From Octopus vulgaris (Eukaryota): a stretch of DNA of 64,000 bases. Position 1 is the stretch's first letter; every line of letters begins with the position of its first letter. Where the stretch lies: positions 16,368,001-16,432,000 of the forward strand of contig OX597817.1 of NCBI GenBank assembly GCA_951406725.2, in the 5' to 3' direction. The translations under genes and the position numbers were made by a program. This document shows, piece by piece, positions 1 to 12,478 of this stretch. A model generated the notes under the pieces. That model saw only the letters and a list, made by a program, of their open reading frames with translations, ran no database searches and was not told the origin of the DNA.

Positions 1-115
1 CAGATGATTTGTTTATAGTAATCAAATGTTTGTGCTGTGCATTAACTCACTTGCTAAATTAGACATATTAAATCTGAATGCTAGACAATTTCTATTTCTA
101 TTCTTTTTATAACAG

Positions 116-242
116 ACATCATATATTGCTGAGAAAGAAATCTTTAATAAAACAAAAGCTCAGTTGTTAGCAGAAATTGATGTTTGTATGGGAGGTCGTG
201 TTGCTGAAGAAGTTATCTATGGTGGTGAGAAAGTTACAACAG
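116..242 (+). CDS. YME1L1: YME1L1 (ATP-dependent zinc metalloprotease, peptidase M41 domain) internal coding exon
   Basis: aacag|ACA...ACAG|gtaaac; translates TSYIAEKEIFNKTKAQLLAEIDVCMGGRVAEEVIYGGEKVTT(G), matching the FtsH/YME1 'MGGRVAEE..G...TTGA' motif. Confidence 0.95.
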
Positions 243-291
243 GTAAACATTTTTGCTGTTTTTTCATCACAATTTATGCTTTAGACATATA

Positions 292-470
292 TCTCTATAT
301 ATAAAATTAAAGTTGTGTGTGTGAGACTCTGTCTCCTCCGATTTAGATTCCTAACTACTCCCACATTTTACGGTGCAGTTTAACCAAAAGCGGGTATCTT
401 ATAGACACCATTCATATTGAGCCCTTCTGGGTATTAGCGCGTGTCTACGATGAGTCTACGATTTTAAAAA
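292..470 (+). mobile_element. 5' part of a non-autonomous Helitron
   Basis: A|TCTCTATATATAAAA start; reverse complement of the copies at 24409, 39121 and 43720; 3' hairpin-CTAG missing. Confidence 0.75.
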
Positions 471-479
471 AATACTGAA

Positions 480-2380
480 TTGTCACAAACTGAATAATAA
501 ACAGGGCAATTTGATTGGTTAAAATTAATATATCAAAAAAACCACACAGGTAGTCCAGATTTTGATTTTGCTTCACCCAGTCGGCAGTTCTGTCAGAATC
601 ATCATGTACTTGCAAAAAATGTAGATGTATTAGTTGTCTAGGATGCTACAGATGTGGACGTACATGTCATGGAGATAATAAACACAACGAAAATGTAAAT
701 ATATGTACCACAAAGATGATATGACTCATGGGAGGTGTCGGCACACGTAAAACAAATATGAATACAAGAAAACGTAGTGTGTATACGGAACAAGAGGATT
801 CTGAACCAGAAGTTAGTGATTCATCATGAATTGTTTCAACGCTGGAGGAATTGTATGAAGCATTTGGTTTTAAATTAGTATCATCATTACCGGGAAAAGC
901 TAAATGTGAAAGTACCCGAATGGAAGACTTTGACGAGGCAGCTAAAAAGCGACTAGTGAAACTAACCAGTACCATAATGTAAAAAGTATGCTCTATCATT
1001 AGTCCGTATGATGCCAGAGGCCTTATGAAAGAGGTTGTTAAAAACAAAGGAGGTATCGTCAATGAAGGCAAATTAGCAGAAAATATCGTTAAAGTACAAG
1101 ATGCATTGCCAAGAAATGTTGTACAAGCTGATGCTGTTACAGCTCCATTAGTGGTATCCTTAGTTTCAAGTGTTTTGTAAGGTCGTTTTGGTATTGGTAT
1201 CAAGAAAGTAGCTTCGTTAAGACGAAAGTATAAACACATGGCAAGTGGAAAGCAGCTTACACCTTCCAGTAGATCAATTATACAATGTGATCGTGATCAA
1301 ATGGAAGCTGTAGAGGAGTTTATAATAATAATAATAATAATGAAATTATTGTATACAGTGCTCAGGTGCACCACAACTTGTCAGAGTATATGCAGTAATG
1401 TAAAAATGTCTGGAAAGCGAACAGTGTATGAGTCAGATACATGCTTGTGTGTGTATGGAGGGGAGGAAATCAGGTGTAGTGTTGGCGAATCTCAGAAAGC
1501 ATGGAAGTTTTGAAGGATGCAGTGCTCCGACAACTAACAACTGATACCGGGAGTTTGTTCCATGCTTCAGCAACTCTCAGCGTGAAAAAATGTTTCCTGA
1601 AGTCATGGGAGCTGTGCTGTTTTCTTACTTTGTAAACATGTCCACGGGTGTTAGATAGGTGGAGTTTGAAAAGGTGCTCAGAGTTATTGTTTTGTTTTGT
1701 CAGATGCTAATGTATGCCAAATTTCATGGGGTACCAAAACATTTATGATTAATGGTGAAGCAATACATCTCCCCCAAGTTGATTAGGAAAAAGAATACAA
1801 CTATAATGCTATGTAATTACAAAGAAACCATACCTCAAAATAAACAATTAGGCTCTACATCATTCTGGAAGATAGTCAAAACATCCTGGGCATTTGGATT
1901 TACCATTGGAAACAGAAATTCAAACTGTTATTTCATCCATGATGGCAAAGAAAAGAAAGGGACAATCAACATTTTATAATGCTAGCCGTGGAATTCATGA
2001 GCCATTCAAGTCAACGGTGCTGGAAATATTTTGGGAAGATCCTAATATTACACCACGCAGGGCATGGGAATTGTTCCAACAAAGACATCCTCCACACGTC
2101 GATATATCCACGTATCCAACTGAGGCAAAGATAAAGAGCAAAATATCTTCTTTAAAGGTTAAGTATAGGAAAACAGGTGAAATACCTTAGAGATTTAAAG
2201 AAATCATTGTAACTTTTCGAAAGATTGACATTTTCGAGAAAAAGTATTTTCAAGAATTTTATAAATATGCGGCACAAAATATATAATACTGCAGCTATAG
2301 CATGATTTTACTGAGTTTTGGTTGTTTAGATCTCTACAAAACTGGGTAAAACCTCCATACTCTGAGTTGTGTAATGACTC
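480..2380 (+). pseudogene. Decayed DNA-transposon ORF, possibly Sola3-like, internally deleted
   Basis: Stop-interrupted frame from a Cys cluster (CTCKKCRCISCLGCYRCGRTCH, ~605-670) through 1321. It resumes after the LINE insert (LSDANVCQISWGTKTF) and ends at 2190. The region ends ...GACTC|TTAA at 2380. Confidence 0.45.
1322..1697 (-). mobile_element. CR1-type LINE 3' fragment with (ATT)n tail
   Basis: Minus strand NTRGH...FRKHFFTLRVAEAWNKLP..VVSCRSTASFK, then UTR and (ATT)n; other copies at 6195, 12195, 51234. Confidence 0.85.
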
Positions 2381-2780
2381 TTAAAAATTTATTTATTGAA
2401 GTGCAAAAACATTTACATTTTTTCAGACAGTATTTGTATTGTACTTATGTTTCATAGTTTGTAGCTATTCTGTATTCCTAAATTATGAAGTAGTAATTCT
2501 TATTCTCTAACAGGATTTTCATCAGCTTTTCACTCTAATCATGTTTGTTTGATATCAGTGGCCTGTCAAATTTTGTTACCTTTGACACTAAAGCATTTCT
2601 GTTAATTCTATTACAATGTTTCACTTCTCACTAACTTAGGATAGTCCTTTTACGTAATCACTCTGTCAAAAGTATTTTTACAATTTATTCTCAAATTACT
2701 TTCTGATGATTTATATTCAGTGAATTACATGTTAATTACATGATACCATTTCATGAACTGACATTTCCATCAATTTTCAG

Positions 2781-2854
2781 GTGCAGGGTCAGATTTTCAG
2801 CAAGCCACAGCTATTGCAGAAGCTATGGTAAAAAAGTTTGGAATGTCTGAAAAG
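2781..2854 (+). CDS. YME1L1: YME1L1 coding exon
   Basis: ttttcag|GT...AAG|gtattg; phase fits the previous exon; (G)AGSDFQQATAIAEAMVKKFGMSEK, with the SD motif and FGMSEK. Confidence 0.95.
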
Positions 2855-3134
2855 GTATTGCTTGCTTTCATTTTATAATTATATATTATTTTATATATAG
2901 ATGGCACTAAAAAAAATGAAGTCAGTTGTAAACTGGAGATTATAATGATTTTGGCGCCTTCTGATAATGTTGTTCTTTCAAATAGTGACTTGCAGTATTA
3001 ATGATACTAGAGGATGTCCTGAAAGCTTTGTCCAGTATTGTAATATGTTTTTACGTCTGTAGCCATGGCACCAAACTGGTGTCAGTTGCAATTTCTCCAA
3101 CCATGCACAGCTTATTTTGTTTTACTACACTGTT

Positions 3135-3382
3135 GTATGTATGTATATATATATATATATATATATATGCATTTGTGTGTCTGTGTTTGTCCCCCCAGCA
3201 TTGCTTGACAACCGATGCTGGTGTGTTTATGTCCCCGTTACTTAGCGGTTCGGCAAAAGAGACCGATAGAATAAGTACTGGGCTTACAAAAGAATAAGTC
3301 CCGGGGTCGAGTTGCTCGATTAAAGGCGGTGCTCCAGCATGGCCGCAGTCAAATGACTGAAACAAGTAAAAGAGTAAAGAGT
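3135..3382 (+). mobile_element. SINE family A, 3' half
   Basis: Reverse complement of the family A copies; (TA)n, body, (AAAGAGT)n tail. Confidence 0.85.
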
Positions 3383-4191
3383 ATGTTTAAAATTTATAGC
3401 CTTGTTGTAGAATGAAACTTTTGGAGTATACCCAAGTATGGTGCAGGTATCATACTGATGTAACAAATAAATTTTTGTTCCAACTATACTTGTTCTTTGC
3501 CAGTTTATATTCTCTGTCTATATTCTTAAGCATTTCATGATCCTAATGATGATTAAGATAGGATTATAGGGTAAAAGTATTCTTCTGTTGGTTTTGTTCA
3601 TCCAACTGTGGCCATGCTGGAACACCATTTTCTAAGTGATAGTAATTACATCAAGCCCTACCCTTAGTATTTATTTTTCTAACCCTGAAGAGTGAAAGAC
3701 AAAATGGGCTTGGGCAGTATTCAAACTTTGGGACATTGGTAGCAAATTGGCAGAAATATTAGAACACAGTTTAAAATGCCATGGTGGAATTTACCATGGC
3801 TCTCTCTCTGCTCAAATTACACCATTGTCATTTTTGCTTTCATCTTTTGAAAGTCAATAAGACCAAAGTACCAATTTAGGTTGGTTGATCGGTGCTATTT
3901 ATTCCAGTTCTTTCTGTTTTGAGTTCTTGAATAGTTGACTTGATTTGTTACTCAGTTTAACACCACCAGTTGGTCATTGTCCGCTTTTAGTGAAGTTCAC
4001 CTTGGTTGTAAACATTCAGGTCAAGTCTTTAGTTTGAGGATAAATTCCTCCCATCTTCTCACCAGTCTCATCACTCCTGAATAAGGGCAGTTACCTGGAT
4101 AAATGGCAAAAGTAAATGGGATAACCAAATATCCCAAGATATTTTGTCCAATGCTCTCTAATTATGATATCCACCTGGCAACATATATATA

Positions 4192-5368
4192 TTGGGTCAT
4201 CCCATAAATAATATGATTTTTCTATACTACTTTTATTTTTCAAAATTAAAATAAAGTTCTTTTTTAATCTAAAATACACTCTCCTTCATTTTCTACAATG
4301 CTCTTCCATCTATCTGATAGACTTGCAAAGCCCCTCTTCCAAAATTCACTTGTCCGTGACGAAAAATACTCCTCCAGTACTGTTCTGACCTTGTCTACAG
4401 AATTCATTTTTTTTCCATCTAAATGATTTTGAAGACTGCGGAATGAATAAATGATAATCAGATGGGGCAATGTCCGGCGAATGTTCTCCTTGATGTATGT
4501 GGTCAAGCATTATCCTGATGGAAGAAAACTTTTCATCTTGAAACCAAAGATGGTCATTTTTCTTCTAGTGCTGACTTAAGCCGCTCACAGTAGATCTCCA
4601 TTGTTATCGTTTGGTTTGCGTTTAAAAGTGGACTAAACCTTTCATATCCTACCAAACCAATTACAACCCCTTACATGGGTGAAGACCTTCTTTAGCCTGG
4701 GGTGTTGGTGTTTCTCCTTTCCCTACCCACTGTCTTATAGAGAACCCATTTCTCATAACCAGTCACTATGCAGTCCAAAAAAAGGTTCATTCATTAGACG
4801 TGACACCAAAGAAGAGCACACATTCACTCTCCACACCTGATTAAACTCAGAAAGTTTGTGAGGAACCCATTGACTCAATTTGCTAACTTTTCTGATGGTA
4901 CGCAGGTGTCAATGAATGGTTGAATGACTAAATCCAAGCTTCTCTGCTAGTTCCTCAACAGTTATGATGGGATTTTGTTCCGTCATGGTTTGCAGGACGT
5001 CCTCGTCAAATTCTACAGATCTTCCAGGACAGGGCTTATCTTCTAGTCTGTAGTTTCCAGTTTGGAATTTCTGGAACCACTGTAGACATTGGCTTACACT
5101 TGTTGTCCGGTCCCCATATACTATTCCCAACACTCTCTGTTGCTTTTATTGAACTCATAAAGCAAAATATACCAAATATCTGTCACTTCCATTATAGCTT
5201 TGAAAAAAATATCAGTTAAAATTGAACTTCACTCTTCAAAACTTGCACTATGAAAGGTAAAATTGCTACCTACTTTAATAACAAGTTGATGCAGGTAGTT
5301 TATCCCATCCCCCTCCGACTTTTAGTTCATGCAATTGAAAAAGCCACATTATTTATGGGATGACCCAA
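4192..5368 (-). mobile_element. Mariner transposon, full span, transposase pseudogene
   Basis: TA-flanked TIRs TTGGGTCATCCCATAAATAAT / ATTATTTATGGGATGACCCAA; broken frames WFQKFQTGNYRLED..GR, WVPH, HQDNA, FRSLQNHL, RWKSIVENEG. Confidence 0.93.
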
Positions 5369-5967
5369 TATATATGTACATATACCTGGAGAGAAGGAGA
5401 GAGATGGGGGCAGATATTGTTTGTTCATAAAGAAAATGAAACTACAACCTAAAGAAAAAAACTCCATACTTTTCTAGCAGAGTAAATAATAGGGTTTTTA
5501 AAAGAATTACTGAATGTAACTATCTTCTCTCTAGTAATAGTATATGAATGTGGAGGGAAACATATTTTTCACATTGGATAGTGTTTTTTTTTTTTTTCAT
5601 GTATTTTTGTGTGAGGTGGTATCTTTTAACTTCCCTGCAATTGCCTACCACCAAATTTCACTCGAGTTTGTGGTTAAATCGATGCTGTAGTAGAAAACAC
5701 TTGCCAATGTGCCACACAGTGGGGTGAAATACAGACCCACTTTGATTGCAATGCAAACTTCTTAACAACATCTATGCCTGTAGCTATATATCTAAACATT
5801 AATAATTTTTTAAACAGTGTGTCTATTTTGTCTGTATGCATGTACATAAGAATGAAAAGGTAAACAACATTCAACCACCTTGAAGTGATATTCCAACCAT
5901 TTTTTTTTGCCTCCCATTTATTTTGAATTCTTTTGTGTTATGGAATTTCTCATTCTGTTAATTTCAG

Positions 5968-6090
5968 ATTGGTGTTCGTGTCTTTGATGATAACGATCCC
6001 TTTGACAGTGGCCTTTCTATGCTGAAAGTCAATGAATTAAGTCCCGCTATACAAGAACAGCTGGATACTGAAATTAAACGTATTTTGCAG
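5968..6090 (+). CDS. YME1L1: YME1L1 coding exon
   Basis: tttcag|ATT...CAG|gtaag; 123 nt; IGVRVFDDNDPFDSGLSMLKVNELSPAIQEQLDTEIKRILQ. Confidence 0.92.
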
Positions 6091-6194
6091 GTAAGACTGA
6101 CATATTTACAAATTACAAAACACATATTTCAACTTCTTGGTTTTATTTCATATTTTGTTCTTATGATTTTGAAATACTGTTTATGTTCATGGAT

Positions 6195-6495
6195 GCACAG
6201 CTCCCATGACTTCAGGAAACATTTTTTCACACTGAGAGTTGCTGAAGCATGGAACAAACTGCCGGCATCAGTTGTTAGTTGTCGGAGCACTGCATCCTTC
6301 AAGACTTCCATGCTTTCTGAGATTCGCCAACACTACACCTGATTTTCTCCCCTCCATACACACACAGGCATGTATCTGACTCATGCATACACTGTTTGCT
6401 TTCCAGACATTTCTACATTACTGCATATACTCTGACAAGTTGTGGTGCACCTGAGCACTGTATACAATAATTTCATTATTATTATTATTATTATT
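6195..6495 (+). mobile_element. CR1-type LINE 3' fragment
   Basis: HSSHDFRKHFFTLRVAEAWNKLP...; (ATT)n tail. Confidence 0.85.
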
Positions 6496-7009
6496 TAATA
6501 TGAAAAAATAACTTAGCTTACAGTTTAGCAAATATAAAAATGCTTTTGTTAAACAGTGACTAACAGAATGAGTAGAAAATTTAATTACCTTGAAATATTT
6601 GGTTATGTCCCTTTATATTTGAAATGCAATGCCAGCCATGTTGACTGACATTCTTCCTTTTGAGATCAGTAAGATAAGGACATGTGAAAATGAAGTTCAT
6701 TATACTCAACTATACCTGTATTAAACTATTTTCAGTTTGAGATATTCGTGTCAGAAATATTTTACCATGTGACTATCAAAGTTGTACCATGTAAAGGAAA
6801 TTTTTCTTAAACGTAGAACTATAAAATTACTTTACATAATTATTGAATAGTTGTATCATATAAAATCATTGTTTACTCCATGTACAGTGAGATCAGGAAT
6901 AATATTAGCATATTTATTCTTAATACATCTTGGCAAGTTCAGATGCAAAATATGCTAGTTGCTGTTGTGTATGTCAAAGAGAAGAACTTCTCTTTATGTT
7001 GTAACATAA

Positions 7010-7440
7010 TAGTCATTCTTAGATGATAAGTAATGATTGTTGGACTGCTTGCTTGATGACGTTGGGGTCATCCAGGTTAGTGGTCCCAGAGACTTCATCA
7101 TGCGTAGAGCCAACCTGGCCCACCAGTGCTCTCTGTTGCTGGCAGTCCTGTGTCAGCCCCTCTGTATCCGCCAAAGTTGAGCCTCTGGAGATCTTCCCCA
7201 ATCACATCTGACCATTTGATGTGGAGCCTGCCATGAGGCTACTGTATCATATGAGAGTAAAGCCCTGGTAGGATGATCTAGCAGATGGAAGACGACATGT
7301 CCGTACCTGCGCATGCAACAGATAGATATGAGGTGGGAGGCTGCAGGCTGATGCATGCAGTTCTTTGTTGTTGATGTGATGGTACCATCCGATGTTTTCA
7401 ATGGTTCTCAGGACTCTGCTATCAAAGTCATTGATCTTAT
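7010..7440 (-). mobile_element. Old non-LTR retrotransposon RT C-terminal fragment (RTE-like)
   Basis: Degenerate RRYGHV..L..HP and proline/arginine-rich then RW.D segments typical of RTE C-termini. Confidence 0.5.
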
Positions 7441-7552
7441 TTGCCAGGGTCTTTGAGAGGAGTTACATTTCTGCTCCATAGAGGACTACTTCCTACAATT
7501 GTCAGATACTCATATTTTCCATATTTGACTGTTGTACTGTTCATCAGTACAA

Positions 7553-7687
7553 CACCCTGATGTAATCTCCAGGGATACAGGCATCCTGCAACAGGACCTC
7601 CGTAATGCCATGATGGACCGTGAAGTCTGGCGTAGCATGGTAAATTCCATTGTCTCGACCACGGTCGAACAATGATGATGATGATGT
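7553..7687 (+). mobile_element. RTE-like LINE 3' end
   Basis: DVISRDTG...DLRNAMMDREVWR, followed by a (GAT)n tail. Confidence 0.65.
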
Positions 7688-8181
7688 TCATCAGTGACAA
7701 AAGTAATTTCTATTTACATCTTGTTATGTCACTAACAACCATATTAACTTTCCAAGAAGCATGTTGTGCCACTGTATGTACGCTAGCCTGTTATTGATGT
7801 ATTTATATTCTATAGGTTGCAAGGCTGATGTCAGATCCTCTTATGGGTGAGCCTGTAGTTACTTTAGAAGTATAAAAGCTAGGGTCTGCTGACAGCTGTG
7901 ACTTTTATTGAATGATCTCTGAATCTACAGAGATATTAAATTAAGGAAACACACACACACACACATATTCATTCACTCACAGTCATTGCAAGATAGGACA
8001 TAAACAAACAAGGAATTATGCACTTACTTTTCAATTGGAAATCTTCACAACCTTGACACCTCAGACAATATTGTTCATTTCAATGATACCCACAGTTTAC
8101 TAGAGTTGTGAGGGTATAGATGACTTTGCTAAGAAAAAAATGCAGAAAAATACAAAATGAAACAGAGAATATAAAAAGATC

Positions 8182-8577
8182 GGATCTTTTTGGTTTGAAC
8201 GGCAGTTTTTAAAAATAATTTCCACGTAACTAAACACTTTTAAATTTTGTATACTGGTAGAATGTGTTTATAAAACATCTTTTTCTCTTGGCTTTGAGAA
8301 AATTCTATAGTTTGTAACATATTTGTTGTTTTTTCTTCAATTTCTGCAATTTCAACCAATCAATGACGTCTATTGAGGTGAAAACATTCTGTGCCGTATG
8401 AGTATGTCCCTCGTTTAACAAACAGATTGGGTTTATTTACATTTCTGAAGAAAAAAATACCCTCCCCTAACCCTAAAACAGATTGAAATGCAATAGATCG
8501 ATACTAGGGTCATAATTATGGGTGACAATTTCATATGACACCGCTAGAAAAACACTGCCGTTCAAACCGAAAAGATC
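8182..8577. mobile_element. MITE of the GGATC-ended family related to 19474-20216
   Basis: TIRs GGATCTTTTTGGTTTGAACGGCAGT / ACTGCCGTTCAAACCGAAAAGATC; shared internal sequence and CCCTAA repeats; TSD not evident. Confidence 0.7.
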
Positions 8578-8778
8578 TAATGGCCAAAAACAAAAATAGT
8601 AAAGCAAGTTGTGAGAAAGACGGAAAGTACAAGACAGAATGAACGGAAAAGTATGTAAGTGGTCATAACAAAGTTTAAAAATATAGAAGATAGATGGATG
8701 TGTTTGTGTAGCAAATGAATATGTAAATACTGTATTTTTTAAAAATTTTATTGTATAATTATATTATTTTCTTGACAG

Positions 8779-8928
8779 GAATCTTACGACCGAGCACGAC
8801 ATATCATGAAAACTCACAGTACAGAACACAAAGCAATCGCTCAAGCCCTTATGAAGTATGAAACTTTAGACTCAGATGATGTCAAAGCAATCGTTGATGG
8901 CAAAGTTCCACAGAAACTGACTTCTTGA
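8779..8928 (+). CDS. YME1L1: YME1L1 terminal coding exon
   Basis: cttgacag|GAA; ESYDRARHIMKTHSTEHKAIAQALMKYETLDSDDVKAIVDGKVPQKLTS*, matching the YME1L1 C-terminus (SYERAK..L..YETL). Confidence 0.95.
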   Translation, partial: ESYDRARHIMKTHSTEHKAIAQALMKYETLDSDDVKAIVDGKVPQKLTS

Positions 8929-9527
8929 CACTAGTGCTAAACATTTAATATAATCTTTACACTGCTAGAAAAATTTCTTCCAAACAGAAAAAGTACTTTT
9001 TTTATAGCAAAACACAAAGAGTTATTAATTCGAATTCAACAATCTTGTTTTCCTCACTTATTTTTCCTCCTAAATTTCTGTCTTATAGGAGACTCTTCTG
9101 TAGTCTTACCAAAAAAAATCCATGAGCCAAGATTGTCCTATATAAAGGAATGGCTGACCAACCGAAATATTAGAAAGTGGTCTAAGTTTATAGGTGCCAG
9201 AATAAATGTGTTCTGCAACAGGTTTGATTCCTTAAATAATACTCAGGAAATATTGGGAAAGCATGTTGTTTTATTAAAATGTTTCTCGACACTATTCTAT
9301 TTCTTTGTCTATTTATATTGCTTTATTTTATATTCTGTACCATCTCATTTATCTCTCTCTCTCTCTCTCTCTCTGTTATATATACATGGTTATGGGTTCA
9401 CACTGGTATGAAAAACGTATCTTTTAAAGGAGAATAGTTCAATTAGTTCAAAGCTGAGTTTGTACCAGTTACTATTCAGTTTCTTATTCTTATTCTCCAT
9501 TCAAGGAATAACTCTGAATAGAGACTT

Positions 9528-9900
9528 AGTTAGTTAGTTAGTTAATTTTTTGGCTCAAAAGCAAAAAGCAAGACCATGTAGGGGGACATGGAGTTATGTA
9601 CAGGGTGGTGTTCATGTAAAGAGTTCAGGCCACTTGAGGTCCAGGGAGACTTTGAACAAAGCGGTCGTCGGCATCTTCACCATCTCGTCTGGCAGCTTGT
9701 TCCACGGATCCGCAACCCGGACGGAGAAAGCTCCTCTCCTTCAATTGAGATGAAATCGTCGCAGGTAGAGCTTTTCGGAATGACCCCGCAGCCGACGCTC
9801 TGGAGCAGGAGTGAAGAACAGCTCTTTCGAGAGGTTACACTTTCCGCTTATGATGTTGTGAGCGAGAATGAGATCACCATGGCGCCGTCGTTTTTCTAGA
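9528..9900 (-). mobile_element. Second CR1-type LINE 3' fragment with (TAAC)n tail and TSD
   Basis: Minus strand AFSVRVADPWNKLPDEMVKMPTTALFK; flanks GAATAGAGACTT (9516-9527) / GAATAAAGACTT (9901-9912). Confidence 0.85.
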
Positions 9901-10440
9901 GAATAAAGACTTGTGTTGACTCAGCTTTGAAAACATGGTGTGTGTATTGTGTGTATATATATGCATGCACATACACTCATACACATGCCTCTCTTAAGTG
10001 GATGAAAGTCCTTTTCAGCACTACCACAGATTATGTGCATTTTATTTGCCAATGATGCGGCTGCAGCTTCAATCCTTAAAATACCTTGTGAATATCCGTG
10101 GATTAGGATTAGTAAAAGAATAAACTCATAAAACCCAATCAGCAACAATATTTTATGTTATCTGCTTGCGATATCTCCATTGCAGGCTGATCCACGTTGT
10201 TGTGCATGAATCAGCTCTGAATACTGAAGTTGAATTCTTCAAGTCTTACAGTAATTAGATAATTAACTCCCCTCCCTAATTTTGTCCTCAAATGTCGTTA
10301 GGTTTCACCCAGTCGACATTATATATATATATATATAATATATAATATTAGGGAATAAATCCAAACTTACAGGGAATAAATCCAAACTTAGGATTAAATC
10401 CAATTTTATAGTATAAATATATTATATTATATTATATTAT

Positions 10441-10630
10441 ATTATATTAGATTAGAGATAAAACCACTATTAGGCAAGTCAAACAATGAAAAACATAAGC
10501 CAATACATAAAATTAATTAATTTATATTATTTTAAATATATATCAAAAGTATATTTTATGTATTGGCTTATGTTTTTCATTGTTTGATTTGCCTAATAGT
10601 GGTTTTATCTCTAATTTAATATATTATATA
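10441..10630. repeat. AT-rich inverted repeat (arms ~70 bp) between (TA)n tracts
   Basis: ATTAGAGATAAAACCACTATTAGGCAA...ATACATAAAAT is mirrored at 10553-10616. Confidence 0.85.
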
Positions 10631-10920
10631 TATATATATAGTGTTATTAGTGACAGAAGCAGTATTAATTCCAAAAGATAATCTTTGTATCCAGCTAAAC
10701 ATGGATGCCTTCTTACTACACTGAATACATCATTATTAAGCCTTGTATTTGGTGTTCTAACAAAACATCTATGTTAACTTGGATATAAATACACACACAC
10801 ACACATATTACAAGAATGTTTGTTTTTTATTTGCTCCTTTAATTTTCTATGCAAGACCCTTGTCTTTCCCATTGCTCGTCTCTAAATATACCCAAACTTT
10901 TATATGGATTCCTAACTATT

Positions 10921-11030
10921 TATTTTTTCCTATGAAATCTATCAGTAACCTATACTATTTTTTCCTATGAAATCTATCAGTAACCTATACTATTTTTTCC
11001 TATGAAATCTATCAGTAACCTATACTATTT
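10921..11030. repeat. 35-bp tandem repeat x3
   Basis: TATTTTTTCCTATGAAATCTATCAGTAACCTATAC at 10921, 10956, 10991. Confidence 0.95.
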
Positions 11031-12194
11031 ATAAATTTCAAAAAAAGGAAGATAAAGCTTGGTATTGTTAGCAAATTTTACTTCATTTTCTCCCTAGACA
11101 TTCTTTAGAAACTATTTCTGAAAGAATTGTGAGACAACACTTTAATAAGCTGTACCAATATCAGCCTCAACATATAATTCCAGTTAAGCATTACTTTATA
11201 ATTTGATATGAGAAATGAACCCTCAAAAATTCATAGGTAAACACCTGAATGCCTTATTCTATTTACATTAGCTTTTGCTCATTAATCTCTTATTTTTAAT
11301 GAATGCTACTTGTACAGAAACCTTATGTTCTGAAAATTAAAGGTTTCAGTTTAAAACTATTTGCAAACACAAAAGCTTTTTCTGAACTTGTTTACTTAAC
11401 CCTCTCTCTCTCTTAGACACACATGCACATACACTCAATCATATATAAAATTACAATGATGTAGTTTGAATTTCCCTTCTTAAGGCTTTGTTTCTTTAGA
11501 AAGCTATATACATTTATAATTTTGAAGCTACTATACAAACTCAAATGTGAAACATTACTAGTTTTACATTGAAAATGTTTAACCAGTGAAATCAATTTAT
11601 CATGTCATATTTCATCGTTGCATTATTTTCAGCTAAATAGTCGTGTTTTTATAATTTATTCATGTATTTGTGGTGGTGCTCCAGCATGACCAGGCCCACA
11701 ATTGTTCAAACCAATTAAAGAACTATATATTCGTCTTTCAATTAAAAGTGTCCAACATAAAATACATTGCTTCATAAAATTTTTTTTCTTCTCTAAATTT
11801 TTGGGGTATGTTTGGGGTTTTTATTTTTTCCTAACAACAAAACTGGTAAAATTATGTGTTACTGTGTTACCCTTGCTTTGTCATTTTTAATATTACACTG
11901 TTGTAATTATTTGAAATAATTAATTGAGGAAAACCTGTTTTAGTTCATTTCCAGTAACTTTTCTTCATTTGCATTTCTTTATGTTTGGTAATCACCAGTA
12001 TATATTTTCAATACGGTTTGAAATAGGGCACTTATTTTCTACTTCATATATTGTTCTGTTTGTATATCAATGTTAGCATAAGAGGGAAGCATTTTTAATA
12101 TTTGGTTATTTGCATAATGTTGAGACTTATCTTTTCACAACTGCATGTACTTTCTGCAGTTAAGAGCCCAAGTTTCAAATAGCAATAGAGCTTA

Positions 12195-12478
12195 CATTTT
12201 TTCACTCTGAGAGTTGCTGAAGCATGGAACAAACTGCTGGCATCAGTTGTTAGTTGTCGGAGCACTGCATCCTTCAAAACTTCCATGCTTTCTGAGATTC
12301 GCCAACACTACACCTGATTTTCTCCCCTTCATACACACACAAGCATGTATCTGGCTCATACACTGTTCGCTTTCCAGACATTTTTACATTACTGCATGTG
12401 CTTTATATGCACTGTCTGACAAGTTGTGGTGCACTTGAGCACTGTATACAATAATTTCATTATTATTATTATTATTAT
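12195..12478 (+). mobile_element. CR1-type LINE 3' fragment
   Basis: Same sequence as 6195-6495; (ATT)n tail. Confidence 0.85.

Noticed and set aside
667-1239. 190-aa minus-strand ORF
   Set aside because: Antisense shadow of the decayed + strand transposon frame; no recognisable motif.
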